DNA of 64,000 nt, taken from positions 19,344,001 through 19,408,000 of the forward strand of contig JBHGNT010000011.1 of assembly GCA_043228905.1 (NCBI GenBank). The letters run 5' to 3'. This document shows positions 36,302 through 47,747 of this stretch, one piece after another. Source of the stretch: Azolla caroliniana. Lineage: Eukaryota > Plantae > Polypodiophyta. Within the stretch, counting starts at the first letter, position 1, and every line of letters starts with the position of its first letter. The translations under genes were made by a program, and so were the position numbers. The notes beneath the pieces are model-generated. The model saw only the letters and a program-made list of their open reading frames with translations. It was not told where the DNA came from and ran no database searches.

Positions 36302-39300
36302 TGTCAGGAATAGTACTAAGCAGAGAGAGAATTAGTACTAGAGAAGAGAAGTATTATTAGTACTAAGAGGACGAGATTGCGTAAGATTCCCGAGAGAGGA
36401 AGTGAGAAGAGGAGAGAGAAAGAGATAGCGAGAATGAGAGAGAGAGAAAGATGATGACAACAACTAATATATTATGTGAAAGATAAGTACAAAGTGGCTA
36501 AGAGGCTTAAGACTGGCATTGAACCAATTTGGTTCAAAATAATGCCTTGTGCCTCCTTTTATAGTGTTTTTAGGAATAATCTTGAAGCTTCTAGAATGTT
36601 CCAGAGAGTACTAAGCAGAGAGAGAATTAGTACTAGAGAAGAGAAGTATTATTAGTACTAAGAGGACGGGATTGCGTAAGATTCCCGAGAGAGGAAGTGA
36701 GAAGAGGAGAGAGAAAGAGATAGCGAGAATGAGAGAGAGAGAGAAAGATGATGACAACAACTAATATATTATGTGAAAGATAAGTGCAAAGTGGCTAAGA
36801 GGCTTAAGATTGGCGTTGAACCAATTTAGTTCAAAACAATGCCTTGTGCCTCCTTTTATAGTGTTTTTAGGAATAATCCTGAAGCTTCTAGAATGTTCCA
36901 GAGAGATCTAGAATATACATCAATTTTCTATGATAAAGTATAAATTAAAATAATATCTTACAAATTACAATTCATAATCTAATGGTAAGAGCTCGACCCA
37001 TGTAGCATAAGGTCATGGGTTCGAGTCTTGCCATATCATGACACTATCTCCCCCTTAAAGATGACGAGTGGAACGAGTCGGCGCTGATTGCGGACCGGGT
37101 TTGTCCGGATACTTTCGGTGGAAATCAGCAAGAAGATCTTGAGCATTGGCAACATGCTCGACAGGTTCCCAAGTACGTTCGCTCGGACTATAACTGAGCC
37201 AATCGACCAAATAATAAAGTTTGTTGCGAACAAGTTTAGAATCGAGGATGGCAGCAACTTCATACTCCGGGCCGGCGTCCAACTCCAGCGGGGGCGGCGG
37301 TGGTGTAACACGATTGGGAATGGTGTTTGCTTTATAAGGTTCAAGAAGAGAACAATGGAAAACCGGATGTATCTGAAGCTGCGGAGGGAGATCAAGGCGG
37401 AATGTGACATCATTAACCTTACCTGTAATACGGAAAGGACCGAGTCGTCGATAATCCAACTTGTCGCACGGTCGAGTAGTCTTGATGTGACAACGTAAGA
37501 GCCATACTCGATCTCTAATGGCAAAAGAGGAGGGAATCCGATGACGATCCCAATAAGTCTTCTATGTGTGTTGAGCATGATGAAGGTGAGTAGAGAGATC
37601 CATCTGGATGTTGCATAGCCTCTTCAAATGATCCTCGGCATGAGGGTTGGTAGGTAGCTCTGAGGTGTCAATCACTGACCAGCAAGGATGGAAACCGGTA
37701 TAAGCGAAAAATGGGGAGACCCGAGTCGAGGAGTGAATAACATTATTATACTCAAACTCCGCAAAGTGGAGAATCTCGGCCCAATCATCCTGTTGATAAC
37801 TCAGGAAACACCGGAGATATTGCTCCAGCGTTTGGTTTGTTCGTTCCGCCTGCCCATCGGTCTAAGGATGGTAGTCGGAGGAGAGGTTGCAAGAGACCTT
37901 GAGCATCTTGAAGAGATGTTGCCAAAATTTGGAGACAAATTGCGGTCCTCGGTCACTGATGATACTGTCTGGGAGGCCATGATGCCGAAATACCTCACGC
38001 ATGACAAGGGTGGCGGTTTCCTCGCTAGTGATGGCCTTAGTACACGGCACAAAATGTGCCATCTTCATATATCGATTGACGACGGTTAAGATAGCATCGA
38101 ACCCCTTCGAGACCGGCAGATCTGTGATAAAATCAAGACAAATAGACTGCCACGGCTTACTTGGAATCGGTAAGGGTTCCAACAAGCCATATGGATGGTG
38201 TCGTGGCATCTTTGCTCGGCAACAAGCATCACAGGTCCGAACATAGTCGTCGACAAAACGGCGCATGTGGGGCCACCAAAAAGATCGTTGCACTAGCTCC
38301 AACGTCTTAGTACTACCGAAATGTCCCGCCATATGGGTGTCGTGACAATTCTGGACGATTTGAAGGCGACATGAGCAATTAGGGACATATACGCGCTTTT
38401 TAAAGAATAACAAACCATCATGATATTCGAATTGTCGGTAGTCAATACTTGGTTGTTGAGACTGAGAACAGGATGCCCGAGAAGTATCAATGTGCGCCAG
38501 GATGTCTTGAGCAAAACTATCCGTCTTCAAGTTTGCACGTATGTCATCGGTAATCCGTGAATCCATCGGGGTGTGAAAAATCCGCGTCGTGTGCAATCGT
38601 GTTGGTCCCAAGATTACTTGCTTTTGATTATCAAATGCTGGATCACCAGGACGAGGTGCAAGATATGAACGCCGTGATAGTGCATCTCCTTTTCCTTGCT
38701 GCTTCCCCGGTCGATATGTGATTTTGAAGTCGAAACGCGTGAGGAATTGCGCCCATCGAGCTTGCCGTAGATTTAGTACACGAGCGTTCTGGAAATAAGC
38801 AAGATTTTTATGATCACTAAAGACAATGACCTGATGTGGAGAGCCCGCTATGAAATGTCGCCATTGCACAAATGAATCCACGATGGCTAATAACTCGTCA
38901 TGTATTTCATAGTTGATTTCCGTGACATCGAATTTGCGCGAATGGAAAGCCACATGATGTAACTCTTCTTTATCTCCTTGTTGAGAAAGGATGCTACCGA
39001 GGGCGAAATCTGATGTGTCGGCCTCCATGATGAATGGTTTTCTTGTATCCACATGAGCTAGAATCGGTGCTGATGTAAAGGCTTTCTTAAGATGCCGAAA
39101 AGCCATATCTGCTTCATTGGACCAAAGAAATGCTTGTCCCTTCTTCGTAAGTTGTGTGAGAGGTAAAATAATCTTCGAGTAATCTTGTATAAACTTACGG
39201 TAGAAGTTAGCAAAACCTAGAAAACATTGTACATCTCGTACCGACCGTGGAATTTGCCACTCTAGTACAATTTGGACTTTAGCTGGATCCATGGCGATGC

Positions 39301-42274
39301 CCTTTGAGAAGATGACGTATCCTAGAAATTCCACTTGCTTGCAGTCAAAGCTACATTTTTCTAGCTTGGCATAACGACCATTCTCACGGAGTCACTTTAG
39401 TACTAATAGTACATGAGAATCGTGCTCTTCCTAGGTCTTCGAATAAATCAGTAGATCATCCGGATAGATGATCAAACAAATATCCAAGAGGTCTCTGAAT
39501 ATATCATTTGCCATGTGTTGGAAGACTGCGGGTGCATTGGTTAGGCCGAACAGCATAACGGTATACTCGAAATGCCCATACCGCGTGCGAAAGGCGTTCT
39601 TCCATTCATCTCCCGGCCGGATCCGCACGAGGTATTACGCTCCTCGTAGATTGATTTTGGTAAAAAACTTGGCACCATTAACTCGCTCTAAAAGACTTGA
39701 TATAAGAGGAAGTGCATACCTATTCCGGATGGTGACCTTATTCAATCCGCGGTAATCAACGACGAGACGAAGTGAGCCATCTTTCTTCTTGACAAAGAAG
39801 ATGGGTGCACCGGCCGGAGATTTCGAATGACGGATGAACCCGCTTGCCAAGTTCTCCTCTATGTAGGCTCGAAGGACTTCTAACACGGTGGGTGACAAGT
39901 TGTAAATTGGTCCCCATGGTGGCTCAGTTCCTAGTTGTAAATCGATGGGACAGTCATAGGGAGGGTACCGGCTTTTACCTTGTCAAATACATCGGCATAA
40001 GGATGATATTTTGCCGGAAGTTGTACTGAGGAGTCCTTAATAGTGCTGGAAGGATGTACTGATATTGCAAATAGGAACATTGCCTCCTTGTGTCCTTCTT
40101 CGCGTAATTGATGGAGTGAAATGGTTGAATTTCGATGAGTAGATTCTTGGGGTGGTCGATATCGTACTTCTCTTGTTCTCCGATCTATGGCTGGATTATG
40201 TAATTCAAACCAAGGTACTCCTAGGACAATGGGATGCTCTGGACTACTAATTATATTAAATGATACTACATACACAAAACTACCTAGGACAACTTGAATG
40301 GGTTCTGATTCTTCTACAATATTCCCGGAAGCAATGGGACGACCATCAATGACTACTACAGATGCGAGACAAGGAAGTTTTCTTAAGGACATCTGAGAAG
40401 CTTGGGCAAAATTTCGATCCATGAAACAGGAATTAGCTCCGAAATCTAAAAGTGCTAGGACAGGTACTGGGGGAGTAGTTTTAGTACTAACAATGACTTG
40501 GGCTAGGAACACATTGCTAACTTGCTTGGAAGGAATGGAACCACTAATGGGTTGTACAGATCTAGGGTTGTTGTCCAACCAAACGGCTCCTATTTTGGCT
40601 GGACTCAATCGTTTAACTCTTCATCTAATTGACTAAGGATTTCAAATTTGTTTGAGATACTTGGGCTATTAGTACTATGAATACTATCTGACACTCTATT
40701 AGTACTATTAATACTATCAGACACTCCGAAGGGAAGAATTGACTCAGGTTTAGTACAGGCGACAATTTGATTTACTTGTCTTCTTAGCCTATGGGTACAA
40801 TTGATGGCGATATGCCCTGGTCCACCGCAATAAAGACATAATCGATTAGCACGTCGTCGTTGCTTTTCTTCTTCCGATAATGGGCCGCGTCGACGCATGG
40901 TATCGATCTCCATCAGTGTCGGAATATTGGCTTGAGGTACATCGCGTGCAAACGGTTTAGCCGTGACTGAGGCGTATGTGGGTTCCGTCCAAGAGCATGG
41001 TATTTGTAACTGACGTTCCGAACGCCATTCGAAAAGGCGGTTGTCGCATCGGACCGCTCAACTGATTTCCTCGTAAGTGACTTTGGTTCTTCGGGGAAGG
41101 TTAAAAGCAAGTCTTTGACATCGTTGCGCAAGCCGTAGCGAAACTGCTCCATGAGGGCCTGATCATCCCAAGGGATATCTAAGGCGAGTAGACGGAAATC
41201 CGCCGCGTAGGTAGAGGCTGGACGATCGCCTTAACGCAATCTTCGGAACTTGTTGATCGTCGTCCTAATGTTGTCGGTATCTCCAAAGCAGGCTTTAAAC
41301 TCACCAATAAAATCTTCAAAGTTATTAAGCAAGGGTGATTGTTTTTCTAGAAGCGGAGCGAACCATGCCAATGTTGAGCCGCTAAGTAACGTGCCTATTA
41401 GGCCGACTCGAGATGCATCAGTGGGATATCGGGAAGGATGCATCTGGATGACTAAGCGTACCTGATTAAGGAATCCCCCGAATTGCGATCACGTTCCATC
41501 AAATTTCACAGGAAGTCCAATCTTGGGCTCTTTATGAAATCCTTGGGGACTTGATCCTTGTTGTTGCAACGCTGCTTTGAGTTGTTGTACCCGTAACGCT
41601 AACTCCCCATGTTGTTGTTGCGTTTGTTGTTTTTCTAGAGCGATTTGTTGCAGATCCCCTATCAACCGTTAGTTTTGTTGTTCAAGGGTAACAAACTTTT
41701 CTTTTAGACACTATAGCTCAGAGAAAACGGATTGATATTCTTGGGCGTTAACAGTAGCCATAGTATAGAAAAAGGATAGGAGGAGGGAAAACGACAAGTA
41801 GACTTGAGGAAGGAAAAATTGGTTCAAACTGTCAGGAATAGTACTAAGCAGAGAGAGAATTAGTACTAGAGAAGAGAAGTACTATTAGTACTAAGAGGAC
41901 GGGACTGCGTAAGATTCCCGAGAGAGGAAGTGAGAAGAGGAGAGAGAAAGAGATAGCGAGAATGAGAGAGAGAGAAAGATGATGACAACAACTAATATAT
42001 TATGTGAAAGATAAGTACAAAGTGGCTAAGAGGCTTAAGACTGGCGTTGAACCAATTTGGTTCAAAACAATGCCTTGTGCCTCCTTTTATAGTGTTTTTA
42101 GGAATAATCCTGAAGCTTCTAGAATGTTCCAGAGAGTTCTAGAATATACATCAATTTTCTATGATAAAGCATAAATGAAAATAATATCCTACAAATTACA
42201 ATTCATAGTCTAATGGTAAGAGCTCAACCCATCTAACATAAGGTCATGGGTTCGAGTCTTGCCATATCATGACA
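36302..42274 (-). mobile_element. Ty3/gypsy chromovirus (Tcn1/Tf1-sushi type) nested in the Copia gag
   Basis: 5' LTR 41830-42274 and 3' LTR 36302-37043 (TGTCA...TGACA). TSD GCTTC/ACTTC (1 mismatch). PPT agggggagatag (rc of 37044-37055). Confidence 0.95.
37055..41761 (-). pseudogene. Gypsy gag-pol: gag, PR, RT, RNaseH, IN and chromodomain (disrupted)
   Basis: PEG10/DUF4939-like gag (RVGLIGTLLSGSTLAW) and knuckle [46 protein letters not shown] and YPDD. RH EADTSDFALG and DHKNL. IN HDTHMAGH...CDAC, LDFIT and SDRGPQF, followed by a GPF motif. Chromodomain EYEVAAILD...YLVDW...TWEP. Confidence 0.93.
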
Positions 42275-45200
42275 ACTTCCACGCCGAACATAGTCAACAA
42301 ATGAGGCCCGCAACTTGCAACTATTGCGGCAAAATCGGCTACCGTGAGGAGGAATGCCGAAAAAGAAGAAGTGAGTCGGCTTCCACAAGTCGACAACACA
42401 CGAATTACGCCGTCAACTCCGAATACGATGATTACGACGGACTATTCGTAATGAGGCATAGAGCGAACTCTATGTCGGCCTCCAACTTCGCAAGCACCTC
42501 CAACTCGGAAGACGTGTGATTCGTTGACTCCGACGCCTCACATCACATGACATCTCACGAAGAGTGCTTTCATGACTTGCATACACCGGACCATCCTGGC
42601 TTCATAGAGACAGGAGACGACACCACGCACCCCATTCGACACATCGGCAATGTCCCATTCGGGAAAGAAGGCGAGCCAACTTGCATCAAGAATGTCTTGC
42701 ACGTGCCCACAATAACGATGAATTTGGTCTCGGTTGGCCAAATCGTGGAGCAAGGCATGCAAGTCCACTTCAACAACGAAGGTTGTTTCATTCAGAAAGA
42801 TGGCCGACTCATAGCTAAGGGGCAGAGAGACGACCGAATGTTCATCCTCGATTCAAACGAGGTGAAATCGGCAATGTACGCTAAAGGTCTCAAAACTAAG
42901 ACAAGCGTCGAGTTGTGGCACAAGAGAATCAGCCACATAAACCTCCAACGGCTTCGAGCAATGCAAACCAAGGGAGTCGTCATCGGATTTCCGACATTCA
43001 AGTCGAAACGAGTTGATCAAGTATGCGAAGCGTGTCAACTCGGCAAACAACATCGACTCCAATCCCGAAGGAGAGCTCCGCAAGCAAAGGCCTCCTCGAC
43101 GTCATACACTCAGATGTATGGGGACCGGCTCAAATGCCGACGATCGGCGGATGCTGATACTACGTAACCTTCATCGACAACTACCCGCGCTACGCGTGGA
43201 TCTACCCGATGAAGAAGAAGAGTGAAGTGTTCTCCCACTTCCAAAAGCTCAAGGGGCAAGTTGAAAAAGAAACTGGTTGGCACATTCGATGCCTACGATC
43301 GGATGGAGGAAAGGAGTTCTTCTCTGACGAATTCACCTCCTACCTCCAAAGTGAAGGCATTTAGAGAGAATTCTCGTGTCGGCACACACCCTAACAAAAT
43401 GGAGTAGCCGAAAGGAACAATCGGCAAATACTCGAGGTAGCACTCGCCATGATGCATGAGAAGCACATGTTGAACCTCTATTGGGCCGAAGCGGCATCCA
43501 CGACCGTCTATCTCATGAATCGATGCACCACTAATGGAGTGCATGAGCTAACTCCCTACGAGCTCCTCGTCGGAAGGAAGTCGATCCTGTTGCACCTCAA
43601 GGTGTTCGGAAGCATCCCGAACGAAAGCCGACAAAAGCCCGACGTGAAGTCGAACGAATGTATCCTCGTAGGATACTCATCCGAGAAGAGCGCATACAAG
43701 TGTTACAACCCTTCTACCCAAGCGGTTCGGGTAAGTCGAGACGTAGTCTTCGACACGTTCGCATCATGGTACGCACTAGAGGCAACTTTGACTCCGACTC
43801 CGACTTCGGTCGACCCGAAATCCGCCGAACAAGAGGTAGAAGATGGAGATCGCTTCGAACACATGTTCGAAGAAAGTCCGATTACGGCAAAGCCTAGTGG
43901 GCCACAAGAGCCCCCACGCGACCCAAGCAAGTCGCGGCCAAGTACGAACTTGGACAAATTCAAAGGTAAGATGCCTGAATACGAAGTCGATCACCCCGAC
44001 GATAGTGATTCGGATGTGTCGGCTCCCTCACTAGATAGTGACTTCGGTGTACCCATCATGCGGACACCCGGACTAAAGAAGGCGCTCACATCGGCGAGTG
44101 AAAAACTTCGATGCTCATCTAAAGCTAAGAACCCCGTCACTCGGCACAACTACAACGAGTACATGGCCCATCATTACGCCTTCGCGATGAAGGTAGCGGC
44201 CGAACAAGAGCCCAAGAGCTCCACCAAAGCGGCTCGTAACCCACGAGGGGTGGAAGTAGTCGACCTTCGCCCACACACTATAAGCCTTCGTCATTGACTT
44301 GAGGGGGAGGAACCGAGATTGCCACGGCGAAGAAAGCCAAAGGCCGGACGGAAGCACACGAAGCCGACAAAAGCCAAAGCGTATGTCGGACACCTCACAC
44401 TTGAGCTTGAGGGGGCATGTTGAGAGATCAAGCTCAACTTAGTTTAGTTAGTTAGTCAACCATGTAACTTCGTAGTTACCCAGATACAATCTAGTTAGAA
44501 GTGTTGACTATAACGCCTTAAATAGGACCTTGTACTTAAGTGGGATATTCTAGATCCTCCACTTCTAAGTACATTTAATATAGGACTTACACATTAGTAC
44601 CTATATTCTACTCACACGTGCACCCTTTGCACATGAGATGTATATATACCTCATTGTAGGTATTTTTGGATTTGATGATGATAATGCTAATTTAATATAC
44701 CTACTCATCCTCCCATCTTGTGTTGTTCATAAGTGTATCTCTCTTCCTCTCACGCACATACACACACATATCACATAATCTTCCGCTTATCAACTAATCA
44801 CATAATTAGGTACTAATTAATCCTTGCTTAATTACTTACCTAATTCTTAACAATTAGAGTTGTTGCCATGCCATTTTCTCACAAGCATTATTTTTCTCTT
44901 TGGTGTTAATGATTTGATTGAGGAACATGAGTTGCTACATCTTAAGAGCATTTCCCCAAAATTATGTCTCGTCTCCCATGAATCCCTCAAGTTGCACCCT
45001 TATTGGGAATTTATTCCTCCATTGCTTTTTACACTGTGGGGGTGCATCGTAACTAAAGTTGCGTGTGCTAACGAAGTCCTCAATACAATCTACTTGAAGA
45101 AAATTCTTAAAAACTCTCCAATTTTCATTCAAGTTACATAAGGAAGCAATGCGTGAAATAGGCAACAACAATGAATTGCTAAAATTGGGAACAATGTAAG

Positions 45201-45525
45201 GGGTCCATGGACTTACCACCACCATTACTCCTTTATATTTGATCATAGGACTAATGTCTTTTGTACTTCAACATATACAACACCCTTATAAGACAAGTAA
45301 ATTCCACATATATACTACTTTTAGTTGATCACTTTTAATAGAATGAGAGTGGATACTTGGACATTAACTTTGTGTATATAGTTTTAGCAAAACATAAGAG
45401 ATATATTTACATAACAAACTACACTCTTCATGTCCTTAAAAGTTATATCCCATCCATTACATGCACCATTAAATGAGTTTGGATGTTCAATATGTTGGTG
45501 GAGAAGTGTTTCACAATCAATGTAA

Positions 45526-45692
45526 CATAGTTCTAGCCATACGTCCCATTCGTGTCATACTCAAACGCCAATATTCGTATCATACTCATACGTGAAAAGG
45601 CTCCAAGTATGATTGAAATCCATACGCGGTACTTAGATATATTATATATACATATGGTGTATATGGTGTACATAGTGTGTGTGTGTGTGAGG

Positions 45693-45737
<45 letters not shown>

Positions 45738-46131
45738 TGTGTGGTCTAGAGAGAGAAGCCCTGTTTTGCATGTGTGAGGAGACAGTGATTGAGTGTATAT
45801 CTAGACTCTAGAGAGAGAGAGAGAGAGAGAGAGAGGAGCTATGGGTTTTGACTGTGTGAGGGAGTATGTAATATGTATATTAGATATCTAGATTTTGTAG
45901 AGAGAGAAAATCTGTCAGTTCTCGTGTGAGAGAGAGAGAGAGAGAGTGTGTGTATGTGTGTCAGATGTCACTTCTATTCACAAAATATTATGAATATCAA
46001 AAATTAAAAAAACAAAAAAAAAGTCAAAAAAAAAAAAAAAAGCCAAACGAATATCGCGTATCATACGCGTACGTTTGCAAACGTTTGCGTACGTCCAGTA
46101 AATTGGACGTACGCGAATATTAGGAACTATG
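45526..46131. mobile_element. hAT-type MITE (606 bp) with internal GA/GT microsatellites
   Basis: TIR CATAGTTC...GAACTATG and a perfect 8-bp TSD CAATGTAA (45518-45525 / 46132-46139). CGTA/TACG-rich subterminal regions. Confidence 0.85.
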
Positions 46132-46939
46132 CAATGTAACACTCTCAAATGTATATATTCTTGTCTTTGTAATTGATGCATGGTCAATATCTTACATTGA
46201 ATTTGTCCAACAAAGTTTAGAAGCACATATGTTACAACTTTTAACATCTTTACTCAAACATTAACGAGGATAACTTGAGATATCCAATTTAAACAATTCA
46301 TAAGTTTTCGACATTTTGTATAGTTGGTCAAATGTTTGGCACTTTTTCAAAATATTAAGTTAAACTTTTTGGGCAATTATGCAACAATGCAAAATATTTT
46401 GGCAAATAGGCAAAGTTGACAATGACATTATTTTATTGCCCATATATTTGGGACATATTGCAAACAAGTCAAGCATATAACCGCACTTCCATCACCACCA
46501 ATAATTTTGGCACTTTTTTCAAGTGTGCTAATGTTTTGGGTGCTTGTGCAAAATACTTAAGTTATGGGTGTTTTGGTTGAAGTGCTGAAAATTTCGACAT
46601 TGCATAATGTCAATATTTTTACCATTTTTGTAGAATGCCTATTTGTAAGCTTTTTGGCAATCTTTCAACGATCACCAAAAGTTGTCCATTTTGTAATAGT
46701 GGAATCACAATCCCAAAGCTACATCTGAAGACAAGTAGGTTCGTCTATAGAGTGAAAATGTTTTTTTTGTCCAAGTTGATTATATTATTTATTCACAAGT
46801 ACAGAAGTGGCACTATAATGTGATAGTTTCTTTCTATAATAGAGGATGCAAAAGAAGGCTTGTGATCATTGTCGCAAACGTTACAATAGACGATATGGGG
46901 ATGTATGGACACAATGGATGATAGAATATAGCGAGGATG

Positions 46940-47409
46940 TTATTGTGATGAGACATGGTTTGATGGGAAAAAATTTGATCCCTTTGAATCCACAAATACA
47001 AACTGATAAACCTCAAATCTGGCAATTGATAAGTAGTATTACAATTTGGTATATTTGGAAGGCTCGATGTTTGAAGGTATTTCAAAATGTGACTGAAAGA
47101 CCTACCCAAATAATTTCGGGAATTTGGATAGAGATTGTGCATAATCTCAGAGGGTTGTTGGATAGTATAAAAGGTAATACGCACCAAGTAGAGCTTAAGC
47201 GTTTGGAGTTTCATGCCATCTCAGACATAGGTATATTTTATATACGGCTTTTTGATAAGGTGGAGTGGTTTTACTCAACACCAAAGTATTTATTTAAGCC
47301 GATGGTTAGAATTTAGAAAAATATAGGGGATCTGTGGTATATCTTGTATGTTTGGCCTTAGGGCGCTTTCTAATACTAATGTAGTATCTTGTTTTGGAAA
47401 AAAAAGAAA
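46940..47409 (+). mobile_element. 5'-truncated L1-clade LINE
   Basis: 17-bp TSD AGAATATAGCGAGGATG (46923-46939 / 47410-47426), an A-rich tail, and ORF motifs IWKARCLKVF...WFYSTPKYLFKPMVRI*. Confidence 0.88.
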
Positions 47410-47424
47410 AGAATATAGCGAGGA

Positions 47425-47747
47425 TGAGGATGAAGTGAGCAAGAGGAGTTGTGAATATCTAATTGAGTATTGAGATGAAGTGAGCAAGAGAATTTGTGAA
47501 AATCTAATTGAGGATTGAGATGAAATGAAACAATATATTAAGGGAATTTGGGGATGAGAATCAAATGAGTAGATAAACCGAATCAATGCATATTGAAGGA
47601 ACCTAAGCACAATCAATGGGTTAACAACAAGACAAACAAGAGAGAGGAGAGGTGAGATCAAGTTAGGAGTGACATGTTAGGCCTAAGCACAATCAATGGG
47701 TTAACAACAAGACAAACAAGAGAGAGGAGAGGTGAGATCAAGTTAGG
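47425..47747. repeat. Local tandem duplications (~46-bp units, then an ~81-bp unit twice)
   Basis: gagatgaagtgagcaagag...tctaattgag is repeated. cctaagcacaatcaatgggttaac...agttagg occurs at 47601 and 47682. Confidence 0.75.

Larger units (their letters stand above)
35612..44297 (+). pseudogene. Copia gag-protease-integrase, disrupted and split by the gypsy insertion at 36302-42274
   Basis: Gag KLDRSNYSSWEYKM and knuckle CNYCGKIGYREEEC. Protease (W>*)FVDSDASHHMT. GAG-pre-integrase LWHKRISH...CEACQLGKQHR. Integrase HSDVWGP, LYWAEAASTTVYLMNR and VSRDVVFD. Confidence 0.9.
35002..44852 (+). mobile_element. Ty1/Copia LTR retrotransposon, non-autonomous (RT/RNaseH absent), hosting a nested gypsy element
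   Basis: LTRs 35002-35442 and 44418-44852 (TGTT...AACA, roughly 97% identical by eye). TSD ATTAG, PBS TGGTATCAAAGC (tRNA-iMet type) at 35443, PPT ttgagggggca before 44418. Confidence 0.95.

Noticed and set aside
42199-42274. Bona fide tRNA gene
   Set aside because: The acceptor and anticodon stems do not pair. Reported only as a tRNA-like module.
44900-45260. Possible LINE ORF1 relic (VVSPWTP...IRVQL, minus strand)
   Set aside because: Similarity is too weak to call by eye.
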